Shown here: positions 24,582-38,671 of the stretch, one piece after another | Numbering within the stretch: position 1 is the first letter of the stretch | Layout of the letters: each line of letters opens with the position of its first letter | The notes under the pieces: generated by a model | What the model saw: the letters and a program-made list of their open reading frames with translations, nothing else | Told to the model about the DNA's origin: nothing | Databases searched by the model: none | Assembly (NCBI RefSeq): GCF_001949145.1 | Contig: NW_019091404.1 | Span: forward strand, 1,860,001 to 1,922,000 | Direction of reading: 5' to 3' | From: Acanthaster planci | Taxonomy: Eukaryota | Length of the DNA stretch: 62,000 nt | Position numbers and translations under genes: made by a program

Positions 24582-27561
24582 TCAGTCGTGGTCACTGTCG
24601 TGTTCTGAGGACGACGACGATGACCAGCGTCTGGACTTCGAGGGAGGCGGCACGCCCACGGGCTGCTCGTCACCAGCGCAGGCCGGCTCGGCACACTTAG
24701 GCCTACTGGCCGATGAAGTGGCGGGCTCGGTGCTTGGACCTGGCCTGGTCTCGTCGATGCCAACGTCCGCTCCCTGGTTTACGTAAGACCCTTTTGGAAC
24801 CAAAATGACAGTCGTGGTCGTGGTAGTCTCTGGAAGCTATGCCACAAAATACCAAAATGTGGTACGGTCAGCATACATGCGTAAATATATAATATGAGTA
24901 ATACATGTAGTGAAATACCATTCTAAGGAATATGTTCATAGTCTTACAACCAGTTCTGAAACTTTCGGCTGAAGTTGATTATGGAGTTACTTTATAACAA
25001 ATGGATTCATTCATGGCGTATAGCGGTTTGCAAATAGGGTCAATTACTTAACATACCCCGAGGCCACGCCCATCCCTTAGTTCTTGATACTGCGAGACGA
25101 CACACAGGAGGCATATGACCTGAAAATAAATTACGGGAAATCAAATGCCAATGGTTATATGACCACGACGTCATTCAGTGTTTTAGTCTGCAAGTCTGAC
25201 AGTGCCTATCCAGCCAGTTGTTGTTTTGGGGTCACAATCGTTAAAACTTTTACATAAACAGTTATAAGCAGGTGCGCTTGGTCTGCTTAAAGATCGGAGA
25301 ATGGGCCCTGACTAGATTGTGATGACACGTACTGATTAGCACCCATTCGTGAATGGGTGCTTATCATCTTCAAACCTGCAGAGAATGGGCTTACCTCAAT
25401 TCCTACTCCACCAGTCAATAGTCCTGCCATGACCCAGTAGACGATGATCATGTAGACGCCGCCCGGGTCGGTCAAGGAGAGGAAGTTAAAATACACTATA
25501 GTCTCAAGCTACAATGAAAGTACAAAGACAAAAATGAATTCGAGGACAATGTAAAACTCATGGCAGCATCATAGACATATAAGGTGTATGGGGTCAAACT
25601 GTCTTTGGGGGGTAATGGTGATGTGCATAGCCCAAGTTTCATCACTTTGCGACTTTGACCATCTCTCAAATCAACTTCGATTAAGAAAAGAAAAGACATC
25701 CTTCTTAGAGCCACAGCACTGTGGCTCACCAGGCTACGATGTTAAAGTCTGATGTCCTTTGCAAGCATAAGGTAGCCGATAACATGTCCATGATTCCCCG
25801 GAATGGGGTGCCGGTCTACCGGAGGCTGCTCCTCGGCTAAATACCGGCACTCATGCACAAGCAGGGGTGAAGTGACTTGCCCAAGGCCACAACTTAACAG
25901 CCAGCAGCTTGATTGGAACCCCTGACCCTCTAGTCATGAGTCTCAAGCCCTGGCCACTACAGACCACAACCCCCCCCCACGGTCTGATAAAGTGTTCGGC
26001 AACTTACACTAAGAGTCACAAACAGAATGACTGCCAGAGCCGCATAGACAGCCGCTAAGATGGCCTGGACTATCATGAAGGGGACAAACAACTGCTTCTT
26101 GTTCTAGGATTCGTGAAAAGGAGGAAAGACGAAGAAGTATTAGCAGAAAAAACTAATAAATTAAGGAAGACCAGAAATGAGATTTTCCCTGATCGCGATA
26201 ATTTGCAGTTCAAGTTTTTGAAACTGTGAGACTTGTTTCTCACATAATTAAGCCAATCTTGTTGTCATAGAAAATGAAAATCCTGCCATAATTCCAAAGG
26301 CGGCATCAGTAAAGTTCAGCAGATTTTGGTCTGAGGGTAGTTCTGATGATAACCGTTGCCAAATAACTTGAACGTCGTTGCTAGGCGATAGAGTGACGCA
26401 CCCTCCTCTCTCTTAAGAAGCAAATCGTTTCCATGCAAAAGCACCCATCTTTTGTTCGTGAATGTGCCGACCTCAACAAATGAGGTCGTGCGAACCTTGC
26501 TTGAGCCAAGCCAGATCTACGCAAGGTTATCCCTTTTCTGAGAAACGGTTTAGAGGTATTTGGGGGTTAGAGGAAAGGAAGACGAACAGTCAAATTAAGA
26601 AATCCCCAACAACAACAACAACAAAAATTCCAACTCCAAAGAGTGTTCACAAAGCGAGCCTAAAATGAGTGAGTCTTTTCACCGAGTTTTCCTTACTAGA
26701 CAGAAACAATTAATTAAAGAATGCAATTGTACTCTTGCAGTACCTTACAGATGCCAACCACAAGAACTATTGCTGTGACGCCAAGACACGCGTTGAGAAG
26801 GATCATGACACACCAGCACGCTAGCACGGTAGCTACACATTTCAGCAATAACAAAAAGAAAGAACATTTCACGTATAATAATTTCCCGTTTAATACAAAT
26901 CTCATTATTTTGATTGAAATCTGTGGCTCAACCTCGAGCCTTGTGCATTAAGCTAAATGTCGAACAACCCAAAATATCATACCTTGGGCAGCGAAGGGGT
27001 TATTCACGTAGAATACTGATATTGCTCGCACGGTTTGGATAACGCTGGCTACGCTGAGTATCTGGTAGGAAAGTGAATTCAACATTCTCTTAATTCCTCC
27101 CAAATTTCACTTCATTTCGATTCCCCCTGCTACGCTAGTACACTGTCTACTGTCTGTCCCTTAATAGTTTGGAGCTTCCGAGCACTCACACTTTTCCTGC
27201 GTATTCTGTGAACGGACCGCAAGGTTCCATGTTTTACTACTCAACATATGTGCATTTGGTAATACCTCTAACAATAAACATCATCAGTCTCAGAAGAACA
27301 TGAGATCTGTAATTGCAAGGGGTGAAAATAACCAATTTGCTTGAAACCGCCTTACAATAATATTGACCTAGTTCGTACAGCTGGTGAGTGTTTCCCCCTA
27401 GAAATCCCCCAGGAAAGAAGGGGTTCCCTCCGCAAAAATCCTGGTGACACCCGTAATTTAAGGACAAGGAATACCAATTCCACACTTACCATCGACCAGC
27501 AAGCTACCGCCATTGTTCCAACCCTGACGTCACAGCAGAGACATCTTCGGATGAACGCCAT
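24582..27561 (-). CDS. LAPTM4-like four-TM membrane protein, paralog B (~255 aa, 7 exons)
   Basis: Exons 27561-27490, 27061-26983, 26832-26744, 26103-26008, 25508-25395, 25119-25057, 24836-24582. Sequence: MAFIRRCLCCDVRVGTMAVACWSM...KKQLFVPFMI...CLLCVVSQYQELRDGRG, then a long Ser/Pro-rich tail ending SSSSSSEHDSDHD*. Confidence 0.85.
25850..25967 (-). mobile_element. tRNA-derived SINE (MIR/CORE-like block) in an intron of paralog B
   Basis: Plus-strand GTGAAGTGACTTGCCCAAGGCCACA followed by a reversed tRNA-like head (ggaacccctgaccctctagtcatgagtc...ccactacagaccaca). Confidence 0.6.
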
Positions 27562-28305
27562 TGTTGCATCTAATCCTGCGTCACTTTCTGATCCTCCGAA
27601 AGCACATACATTGAGCAAATTGGGGTCTTCAGCGGAAAAAAGGTGTATTTGGGAGCCTCGCTCTCTGCGTCAACAGGCGTTCAAGTAAGCATCCGTAGAC
27701 CTTTACACAACCCCAAGCTTGTCACATGATTGGCTGTTGACGTTAGCTTCACTGTCGCGTATCCTAATGACATCTGAACAAAACAAAATGTGTACCTAAT
27801 TGTTTGCTAGGGGTGTACCGGTATATTCTTGCAAGATGGGTTTGCTTAAGGAATTGGTATCATATCTCTGATAACTAAAAACAAACTTGTATTTGGGTCT
27901 GACTGAAGTTCACTTCTTGCAAGAAATTATACTTGTTGCATTGTTGTTCGTCAAAGTGGATATCTATTTTACTTTGCCGAGTTTTTGAAGAGGTACAAAG
28001 TGGAATCCGACCCAGATAGGAGTGAACTATTAGAGAAAAGTTCAACATCTCTGTCAATGCCATTAGAATGAAAGAAATCAAAGCCAATCAAATATTTTTG
28101 CCATTCACTTGCAAAGTGGGCCTGCAGTATAACTCCTCAAATCCAAATGATTTCCTGACCAGATTGTTAGAAACCTGCTTTTTCACATTGTTATCTCTGA
28201 AGTTACAGAATCGAATAAGGTGGTTTGGTACAACCAACGCTGTAAGTGGGATTTGTTAAACGGTTTTGACAATTTTTGAACTTATTACTGGATAACGACG
28301 AAAGT

Positions 28306-28512
28306 AAGGCGGAATGGGGCACGCCCCCCCCACCGCTCGAGGCCCGTGCCTCCCCCCCTGCTCAGAAATTAAAGAAGGTAAACTCTTACGGTGTTCCTCT
28401 TTGGTCGTTGTTTCAACCGTGACCAACCCATGGAGTGCCCCCTCCAGAAAATGAAGGCCCCAAGGAACCCTTCCCCCCTCCGAAATGTACCCTAGTTGCT
28501 AATAATCCGCCC
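28306..28512. mobile_element. Short MITE (AGGCGGA...TCCGCC ends, C-rich interior)
   Basis: Short inverted ends flanking gcccccc/ccccccct tracts. Confidence 0.4.
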
Positions 28513-29472
28513 AAGGGAGACACTCTTGGCACACTCCTATCCTTCAAGAAATGGAGAGGATTTTTCTTTTTTATTCCAAATGAAAATTTATGAGATCACT
28601 GCAAACGCTCCGCCACTACCAGAATGGGTTCCAAATTCCAAGAGAAAATACGTTTTATTCCCAAATGGATGATTGTTCAAATGTTTCCCATGAGCCACTT
28701 GAGATAGATAAATGAGTAAAGTCCAGAGTACACTAAAATAATATAGTCCCGAAAATCAAGCTTTAAAATAACACATTACTCTACCAACTTAAAATCAAAG
28801 TTTCAACATGACAACAATTTAAACTGTTGTTTATCAATGTATAAATGTAATTATAATTTACAAAGGCTATGTTTCAAATTATTTCGACCTCATTTTACCG
28901 CTTCATTTCGCTGCTTGATGACTACTTGCAAGATTTCAAATTATGTACAGAAAGGAGATGATTTCAAACTATTTACAAAATATTTCAGGTGCTGGCTACA
29001 CTGGAATATATTCAAATATAATGTTTTAATTCTAATCTTAGGATTTACATGTACAGACAACTCAAAGGAGAAATTATGCAACTTAAACACCTTCAAAAAT
29101 ATGTTGGTGATAACATTTGGGTTTACACAGAAGTCATCTCTCGGTTACTTGTTTAGGTAAGTTCTATGCCATAGTTCCCCTTGCATAAACTTTAGAGAAG
29201 GGCCAACAGTGGAATTTGTAGATTGGTCGAAATTTCAACGATTTAACAAATGATCGTCTTACACACTTTCCCTTCCATGCGGGCAGATTTAATCTTGATC
29301 TCGCTTGAATTGGTTGATTCCAGTTAAATCTTTGCAACTCTTCAGTGATCCCATGAGATTCCTTCGATACTTTCAGCCAAAAAACCTGGGATCGATTCAA
29401 AACGGATGATTCGCAAAGGAGCCAAGCTTTCCACGTTGGTGCGGGGCTATGCACGTGGTCTGCCAGCCAACT

Positions 29473-32400
29473 TCAACACTCGTAGTACTGTTGTATTGGG
29501 ACTTGAACAGTCGGCTTAGGGTCGTAAGTTACTGGCGCGAAACCAGTGCTATATCCTTGCTGGATTATGAGTGTTGATGGAGCGGTTGGAACCTGATGTT
29601 TGAAGAAGAAAGAAACGGAAAACACGTTTAGCAACATATTCACGATGTGCCATGTCATACACGTATCTGACATATCAGAACCTCGAGGGGTTAAATTGCA
29701 AATCACTACATCCAATGATGAAAATCGTTTCTGCGCTGTCATGTCATGCCGAGGTAATGGTGGATTCGTGTACATGTAGTCGAAAATGAGTCGCGTTCAC
29801 TAAGTGCGATTTGCATGCGCAGCTAAACCATTGCAACTAGCATTCTGTAAACTTTATGCATGACCTACCCCTCGACCGCGCCCATCTCTGAGTTCCTGGT
29901 ATTGCGAGATGACACAGAGGAGACACAGAATCTGCAAAGAGAAAGGCAGGATGGCCTTAAAGTCAATTCTGACGGAGAAAACCTGAGGAGAACTATGGCG
30001 ATGAGAAAAGGATGCTCTTAAGACCCAGTTGGTTGAAGTTGGTACATGTAACGGCTGGCACATCAGCTCACAGCATCTCTGGTTTGCTACATGCTCCAGT
30101 GGACGGTCGCGATGTCACGTGCCACTATCTAAGACATGACGCTGTAAGGGTTCGGGGAACTCTACAAATGGTTGCTTCAAAGGGCTACATCACCCTTTAT
30201 GCTTCAAAAGAGCTTATCTCGTCTATTAAAAGCTGCTGTATCCATGTCTAGGGCTATCTGAGCCTGAATGGTTTGACTGACGTATAAGTTTCATCCCCTT
30301 TCGTCCTGTTCGTTCGCTTTTTTCTTTTTCCTCCCCTTTTATTTTATTCAAGGGGAGGGGGAGAAACGCCCTCTTGCCCCCGCCGCGATGCCCATGACAA
30401 AGGCCCCCTAACTTCCGCAAAAAGCTGCTTTCTTACTTACATCGATCGCCAAAGCGATTGGAATGCCCACCGCAATGCCGATTAAAGCCCATCTCAGGGC
30501 AATGAGCTCCACCTCGTCGAGGTTAGGCAAGTTGAGGAAATCGAAATATATGTAGTTTCCATTCTGAAGGATAAAGACAGGAAATAGCAGAAATTGTGAA
30601 CTGCAGGACAAGCTGTGCAATACCGGTGAAATCATTCATTGGCCACCAAGTCTTATCGAATCAGGTATATAATGATGCAGCTTTGCCATAGTTGATATTG
30701 TAACGCTGTAGCGAATAGTCATGTCCCTCAATAATTGAGTCAATATTATGCATTACACACGGGTTGCCAGTACCATCAGTGCTTGTCAATTTTATGGAGG
30801 TCGTTTTAATCAGCTGGTCCCTCGCCCATCAAAATGGCCTCATTGCTAATAAAAATTGGGTGAGTTCATCTTAGTTGACGCGCCTCGGATCCCCCGTTGG
30901 TTCAAAAATCGACCAGTGGTTGACAGATTGTCGCTGATCCAACTTTGCAAGCCAGCTCTTTGTGGTCACCGCCTTTCCCCTTTTACAGGGGAGAGGGCGC
31001 ACAAATGACACGTAGATGCGAGACATGACTGCAATTAAGGATTGTAGTCCGACAAAACAAGTACATTTAGTATCCAAAATGGAGAGTCCGGTTGAATCAA
31101 ACATTTTTAAACTCTTGTGTAATGCAACTTACCACTAAGACAACAATAACAGCTATCTCCAGTGCCACATACGCAACCATGTAGAGGCACTCACCGATCA
31201 TATAGGGAATGAGCAGCGATTTGGTGTCCTGGGAAGATAAAGAAAAATTCAGAATTTAATGATTGGCAAAGATGACGCAGGAAGAATCAGAATTTTTTTC
31301 CGCCGGTGTTGCCTTGTGGTAATTGAGGAAAGACTTACCTTGAGCACACCAATAAACAAGCAAATAGCCGCAATGGTCATCAAGGAATTGATCCCAACCG
31401 ACGCCCCCCACGCAGCTGACAGCAAAGCTGCAGGGACAAAAAAATGCAGAATTCGTCGGGCGAAAGGTTCTGTGAGCCAACGAAGCAAAGTCACACGATT
31501 TCGGTCCCCAAAACCTCCCGACAATGAATGCAGCAATTGAGCATAACAACGAACCCATAAAAATCGTTCTGAGGTAAATTCTGCCTGCTCGTGTCTTTGC
31601 CGGTGAAAAAATAATGTTTCAGCGAAATTGCAATGCTACGCTCTCAAATACAATGGTACATAAAGGATAAACCTTTCAAGCAGTGGATGAACAAAACTTG
31701 AATACAAGTTTTACCAGAGTTGTCACTGTACGAGGAATAACCTGCCAGTCCGCATGCGCTCTGGATGAGGCTACCTCCGGACGAAATCTGACAAAATGAT
31801 ACAAAAAAGAAAACAATTGATTGTTCAGTTTTAGAACGTATAAGGATTGCTGATAATTATCACCCAATCAAAAATCAAACTTAGTTCATGTTACCAAGAC
31901 ATCTTATTTATTTATTTTGTTTGGTTTATTACCTGAAGTTGAAGTGTTTGTAAATAACCAGGTCATTATCTAAATCGTGACGTAAATATAGCAGCTACTC
32001 GTAATAGCTACTGTTGGTTCTCTTGAAAACTCTTCCCGAACAAAGAAAATGATCAAGTTTAGCCCATAATAAAAAGATTTATTCCAAACAATTAGTTGGT
32101 AGCTGAACTGCAAGCCATCATGTGTCTTATCTTCAACCTCTTGTGCGGGATGCATTTTATAGATGGGAATCACCTTACGAAAACACTCACAGAAATATGA
32201 AAGGCTGCAATTTTACCAAACGTGTTAATTATTAATGTCTGCCCTTCGTTCTAGAGCGGCATTGACGAGAAAAACGCCGTCAAATTAAACCAGAGCTTTA
32301 ACAAATCAACCAAACAAGAAACATACATGTATTCAGTTGTTTTCGAACACGAGAGTAAACAGTACAAAAAAAGAAGTGTATTATTTAGCTTCCCTGCCTT

Positions 32401-32527
32401 CTTTTCATCCTCTTAAAAACAGCAATCGAGTTATTGTTACACGATGGTAGCTTACCGCAACCCAGATTGCAACTACGATGGATCCGATTCTGACATCACA
32501 ACAGCAACATCTGGTCATAATCGCCAT
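29473..32527 (-). CDS. LAPTM4-like four-TM membrane protein, paralog C (~211 aa, 7 exons)
   Basis: Exons 32527-32456, 31787-31715, 31427-31339, 31228-31133, 30563-30441, 29931-29869, 29592-29473. Sequence: MAIMTRCCCCDVRIGSIVVAIW...KSLLIPYMI...CLLCVISQYQELRDGRGRG...QQYYEC*. Confidence 0.85.
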
Positions 32528-34739
32528 CTTGCTTGCTTCGTCTTCGAGTTCGGTATCAACCTCGCAATAAAATTTCCAAATCTGACATAGGTCCAAACGT
32601 TTCGCCAAGTTCGAGTGAACAAATCAGCCAAAGCACCGCCGTATCATATGAGCCTCGTAAGTGGATCGCAAATAAACCCTGACGTGGCTTGGACGCGTTG
32701 TATTGGCTGATCCATCTACCAACGTCACCGTTACTACGGCGATGACTTCCAAATGTTTACGGGTTAACCTGTTCCCGTTCGAACTAGACATACGAGTAGC
32801 AAGACTGCCAAAGTTTGAAGGATAACAAGAGATAAGTTTAGAACGTCGTGCAAGGGAAACGATAACCTGTTACAACTGCTATTCGTTCAGCTATTTAAGG
32901 CTCACGACGTAAGCCCCTTCGGTGTCAATTTGTATCTGTCATTTCAATTTCCAGAGTTAATAACTGTAAAGGAGTTTAGTTTCAAGACAGAAAGTTCATA
33001 GCAATACACGGTATTAATGCACGTGATATCAATGTAAACAGCATTGTGTCTTACGATCTCAAGACGAACTTGTTGACTTTTGTATGAAACTGCTTTAACT
33101 AAGTGATCGACAGTTCCCGGGTTCACTTTACCATGCAACGAGGCTGTACAGTTATCGAACACCAGTTTGCTCCATACATCACGTACATTTTGAATTGACA
33201 CAAATTTTACCACGCACTCCAGAATCAATTATGTAGGCCTACATGAGCAGGAGGCGTGAACGAAGCAGGTGCGGGACGTGTTGGCCCAGGCACCCGCCAT
33301 GTTGTGCAGCGGACAAAGGATTTCGCTGGCTACTTAGAAATTACATTGCACTCTCCCGCCCCAAAAGAGAAAGGAAAACGTCAAGTATATCAGCACAGCA
33401 CACGAGAATGTTAACACGTTGCGTAAAATTATGAGGTGTTATCTTTGACGCAAACTTCACAAAAATCGAAACATTTAAAAGAAAAATAATTAAAAAAAGA
33501 CGGAGTATCCTGGAAGCGGCACGTATGGGCACGTATGCAATGTCACATGCCTGAGATTCAGAGTTCAAGGTTCGTTGTTTATCTGCAGGTGTCTGAACAA
33601 AGCTTCTGAAGTACATGTCCATATCAAATGACGTGTGCCTCCTGACCTACGTCCATTGCTCAGGCTTTTTAGGCTCTCCTCTGCAAAGCGTACCGTTTCT
33701 ACAACCTCACTGTGAAATGCGTTACCGGTATCGAAACAAAACATTGGGGGGGGGGGAATCTGAAGCCCGCACTACCTTTGGTTAATTGACAGTTATTGCC
33801 ATTTATTCAACATCCATGATCTCAGTGTATCTGCAGCAAGGGAGGCAGAGACGCCTCATGGCATACTACAAAACATTTTATCCTTTAAAGTAACCGAATA
33901 CATCAGCATAGGACCTACGTAACAGCAGCTTTGTAAACGAATCCAACCGGATCCCGTTTTCATAAAAATGCTCACAAAAACAAATATGATCCCAAGCCGT
34001 AATCCCTTTCTTGCCCTTACAAAAACTGGGACAAATGCAGAATAGTTCATGTACACCAATGAACCCTCTCGCTTTTGTACCAAACAAACGACTGCAGATA
34101 CTCGTAAATGCAACATAAACATCATGTGATCATTTCAAATCAGCTTTGTGAACCTGGCGTGTATAATGGATATTAAAGGATAAATAAGGTATTTAAATAC
34201 ATGCAAAAGAGAATTCAAAAACATAACAGAGGTCGAGCAACAATACTACCCCACTTCTTTGAAGTCCCTTTAATTTATACAACCCATGTTAGTGTAGGAA
34301 ATGGCTAAACCGATCAAATACCTGGATGCTTTTAGCGTCACAGGAAATCTGTGTATAGCTTCAATAACCTCTTAGATGGGAGCTATTGTTGCTGCATCCG
34401 TCATCAGGAAGCCACAAACTGAATACTGCAGAATTATTTTACACATTTTGCTAACAACGCCCAGTATTACATCAAGAAGTAAAGTTTCGGTCCTAAAGCT
34501 AGATTAAAATTACCAGGTGGAGAACTTTGACCTTAAGCCTTTAACACGACCAATGACTAAAGGCACAGTCACTGTAGAATAAATTTTGTGCGTTCCGGTC
34601 CTCTCGAGACGAATTTGAAGTTAACCTCTTTTATTTGAATGAAAAAAGTTCGAGGATGTGTGGGAAACCTTCTTGTTATCAGCCACTCAGGGTACACAAA
34701 ACTACATTTAAAATGAATGATGGCACGTTGATTTTAGAT

Positions 34740-37700
34740 TCACTCGACGTCGTCCAGTAGAGGCGATGCTTCTTGTCGGTAGCTGACGGGAAGCTGTGAC
34801 TGGAAAAAAAAGATAGATTTATAAATTACACCTTTCCAATCAATGCTTCTAATTTTTACGGATCACTATGCAAAACCAGCCACATTTTACTTACCATTTT
34901 TCCGCTGAGCAGTATGTCTCGATAAAATGACAGGACGCAGAGAAGACAAGGAATCTGCGTAAGCATGCAATTTGAGCACAAAATGAGTATGAGCAAATTT
35001 TGACACTTTGGGGATGGGGCTAAAAGTATTTTAGGTTATGAAGTTCACTTTAGGATTTGTTCTCAAGACGAGGCAAAGACCGGAGTTTACAAGGGGAAAG
35101 ATTGTGAACTGTCTGTGGTTTGTCGAGAAAGTGATGTGAGCAAGACATTATTTGCCATCATAGACGAAAACACATGATGTGTCAAGCAGGTTAAATGGTC
35201 ACTTGTTATCAGCACTGTTTGCTCAATAAACATTCCAGGGGGGCTGGGAGATCCGCCAGTATCGAAGCCCTTTTCTAATCAAATTTTTCAGCAAAGACAT
35301 GTCGGAAAATATTTGACAATACCCAAATTAATTTAAGTGATTATTGTACCAACGTTAGTGGCCTTCTCGCATACGGTTGCAGAAGAAATTTTATACAGGA
35401 AAGGGCATTCTCAAAATTCCACCGGAGGATGTTTCAATTTTAAGCCAACATTTTCTCACCTTGATAAAGAGAAAAAGTGGAATAAGTGCAGCCACTGTCA
35501 CGTAGATGAATTTGAAGTCGTCAGAAGTGATGGAACCTGTCTCAGTACTAAACAGTGGAAAGTTCTTCCAGTCTCCATTCTAGTGGTCCAGAAATCAATA
35601 AGACGTAGTTTCAGAAAATGAAGTGTGCATGGCGACGTTTTGCCTGAGCACTTTCCTCGTTATCAGATTGAAAATCTACGCACCGGGATCAATCATGAGA
35701 TCTCTCCATGCAATGGGCTCCATCGTGTGGCGAGATGTGCCGGCCCAAAAGAGAAAAATGGTTTATGGATCAGAAGAATGATTTTATTCTTAGAGTCGAG
35801 TGGTAGTCTGCCGTATTAATAATGTAAGCACATGTGTAAGACAGGAAACCAAGGATGTCCGTTTCATTTTTAGCTGCACCACGCAAGTGCACGTCCGATG
35901 TTTTTTATCAAAGTTGGTGTAATTAAATTTATGCAAATGCTGGAATAAAATATGTCAAACAATGCCAAGAAAACCTACAGAAGTGTTTTTGAATTGCGAT
36001 GAATATGGGTTGTCAAGCGAAGTAATTTATACACGCCCAATATTTGCGGATTATTATCGACACTTTTACGAATAGGCCTATGAATATATGTGTTCGGAAG
36101 TTTTTCGGAAATGGAATTCCACTCGTTTTTAGTAAAACAATTCTTGAAATAATCGGTGTCTCGTTTCACTTACTATCAGGACGACGACCAGTGCAACCTC
36201 AAGCGCAAAGTAGGAGACGAATGACATGGTCTCAAACACCATGTAAGGTCGCAGCATGACCTCATTCATCTGCAGAATTCGAGATGAAATACAAATCCAG
36301 ACTTACAAGGTTCCTACAGGAAGGAGACTTTCATGCCCTACGCCCATCTTGCCCGCCCCGCCCCTTGTGGATTCTGTGACTCTCGAAAAAGAGGAATTGG
36401 CGTTACAATGGAAGAGCCCATTAAATCTGTCAGTGTAGAAATATTGATAGCTGGTTGGACATTGTCAACAAGCGTGAATCTATTCTACTCTTGGGATATG
36501 ATGATACCGCGATTCGATAATAGCGCGCGCAAACACAATTTATCAGTTAGTACAGATTATGCTCATGTAGCAACAATGGCATATTACATAAGCGCTTTGA
36601 CAACACGCAGAGAAAGGGGAAATGCAAAGTATTGCCGTATTGAAATATAAAAATAACAAAATAATGACAAATCTGCTTACTCGAACTGTGCCAATAACCA
36701 AAAGCGCAGCTGACAGGATCGAGCCCACGTTGAGTACTATTAGAAAGCTGTACACCACAACAGACTCTGCGAGGAAAAGGGACGAAAACCGGAGAGATTA
36801 CAATTGTCCACTTATCTCACAAATCCGACGTGTACTCACAATGATTACGGTACGTATTGCGTAATGGGGGACGCTGCACGTTACAGTTTAGCCGGGTTAC
36901 GTTTTGCCCCCCCCCCAACTCGGCTGTGCCGCGCTCGATATTTTTTTAACCTTACCTCCTTATCGTTACAAATGTGAAGTTTGTACTCATCAGACGTACG
37001 CTTTTTTTACGGTTATATGAAGTTCAAGGCTGCATGACGTGTGGCACCGCAGTTGGAAAAGTATACATTTTGGGCTGACCTATCTCTCGGAAAAATGGGT
37101 GCTGCATGCCCAAGAACTGCACGTTCGATTTTCACAAAGTTGTGTCGGTCAAATGACCACACCGATCCTCTTAAAATTCCTGAGAAAATGGAACATAAAT
37201 ACACCGTGGCGATACGGGAAAAATGTCGGAGGTGGGAGCTTCTGCGCCTGTTCTTGTAGGGTTAAACTACGATTGGGAAAAGAAACCCTAACACGAAAAG
37301 GAAATCGTTTCGTTTCGGTCGCGCACTCTGTTCAGTAAGGGTTCAGGCGTCGTAAAGCTTACTGTGGGATACAGAGGCAAAATGGAAGGGGGCTGGGGAT
37401 TAGCACAAAATCTGGGGACGTGGAAAAGAGATCATTAGTTTTAAAAGGTAAGTCCGAGGCGACTGCTATACTTTGTATATATTATATATAACGGGTTTGC
37501 CCTTACCCAACGTATATTAATAAACACTGTATGCTCAGTGCTTGTCCGAGAGCTTGCGAAAAAAAAATATATGCTATACTTTGAACTACTGTCTTCATAA
37601 CCTATTTACGACTGGAAAATGAGCGGGTGCGAATTTCTTTCTGTTTCAAGTGCGACGAACATACATGGATACCCTCTCAATTCTGCCTATCATGGGACAT

Positions 37701-38312
37701 TACTATCCTCTTCCCCTAACCCCCGCCCTGAGAAGCTCTCCAAAAAGCTGTGGCGTTTGCTTAACTTGAAGTAATGACATCGGAACCCCTTCAAAGAGCA
37801 TGATACCTCATTGCAGGTAACAGCCAATGACATGGCCTATATTTTGAACCAATTTTTTTATCCAATTGCAGTCACAGACAGGGCCTCGATGGGCTCTTCT
37901 ACATGAAAACTTACGGGTGGTTCGTGGGTCCGTATACGCCAGTGTGTACCCACATTGCATTAGGGACATCACACAGCAAACCTGCGATGGAAATATGGAA
38001 AAAATGCTTAAATTCTTACATTTATTCCAATATCGATGTAAATTAAAGGGGTTGGATTAGTTGTGAAATTTTAGAAGAACGAGGACGAGACATCCGCTGC
38101 TAAAAAGCAACGGATTGGTGGCTTTGTTAGTAAATACGATACAGCAGATAGAGGCAACAATGAAAGCATAACCGGGCTAAATTTCAACATTAATGACAGG
38201 TAATTTTTTAACTTCACAAAAATTATAAGCTCACCATGGTCCACACGGCTACTGTCATCGTTCCCCAGGACACGTCACAGCAACAACAACGTCGCAGATA
38301 CGTAAACGCCAT
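34740..38312 (-). CDS. LAPTM4-like four-TM membrane protein, paralog D (~188 aa, 7 core exons; possible N-terminal extension)
   Basis: Exons 38312-38235, 37981-37915, 36766-36681, 36269-36174, 35579-35460, 34954-34895, 34799-34740. Sequence: MAFTYLRRCCCCDVSWGTMTVAVWTM...MLRPYMV...CLLCVLSFY...EASPLLDDVE*. Confidence 0.82.
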
Positions 38313-38437
38313 TGCAAATAAGGACTCAACTCGACTGCACGGTGGGGGCACGAACTGTAACATGCAGGTAACATCATGATTGAAGCTGTGAATCTCATAA
38401 ACGGATCAAAGTCCATGCCTGAATTACAGCTCATTTC

Positions 38438-38671
38438 CATTGGTGTAATAGAAGGGAATTTGTAGATTGGTAGCATAAATATTTTGACGGGCTGGGGTCC
38501 ATTCCAGGGTGGCATAAGGGTGAAATCTGGGGGGGTGCACCCGGGTGCACACATAATTTGAAGAGGACACCGAAAGGAAATTAAGTGTGAGCTGTACAGA
38601 GGCTGTGTGCCTTTCCAAATTTGAAGTAGTGGGGGCGCGAACCCCCCCCCCCCCACCCCGTTACGCCAATG
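38438..38671. mobile_element. MITE (CATTGGTGTAA...TTACGCCAATG ends)
   Basis: 11-bp imperfect TIRs with G/C-run subterminal motifs. Confidence 0.6.

Noticed and set aside
32600..34700. A fifth LAPTM-like paralog here or at 40400-42100
   Set aside because: I found no RCCCCDV-type first exon and no 96-nt PYM exon by eye. The short ORFs lack coherent splice chains.
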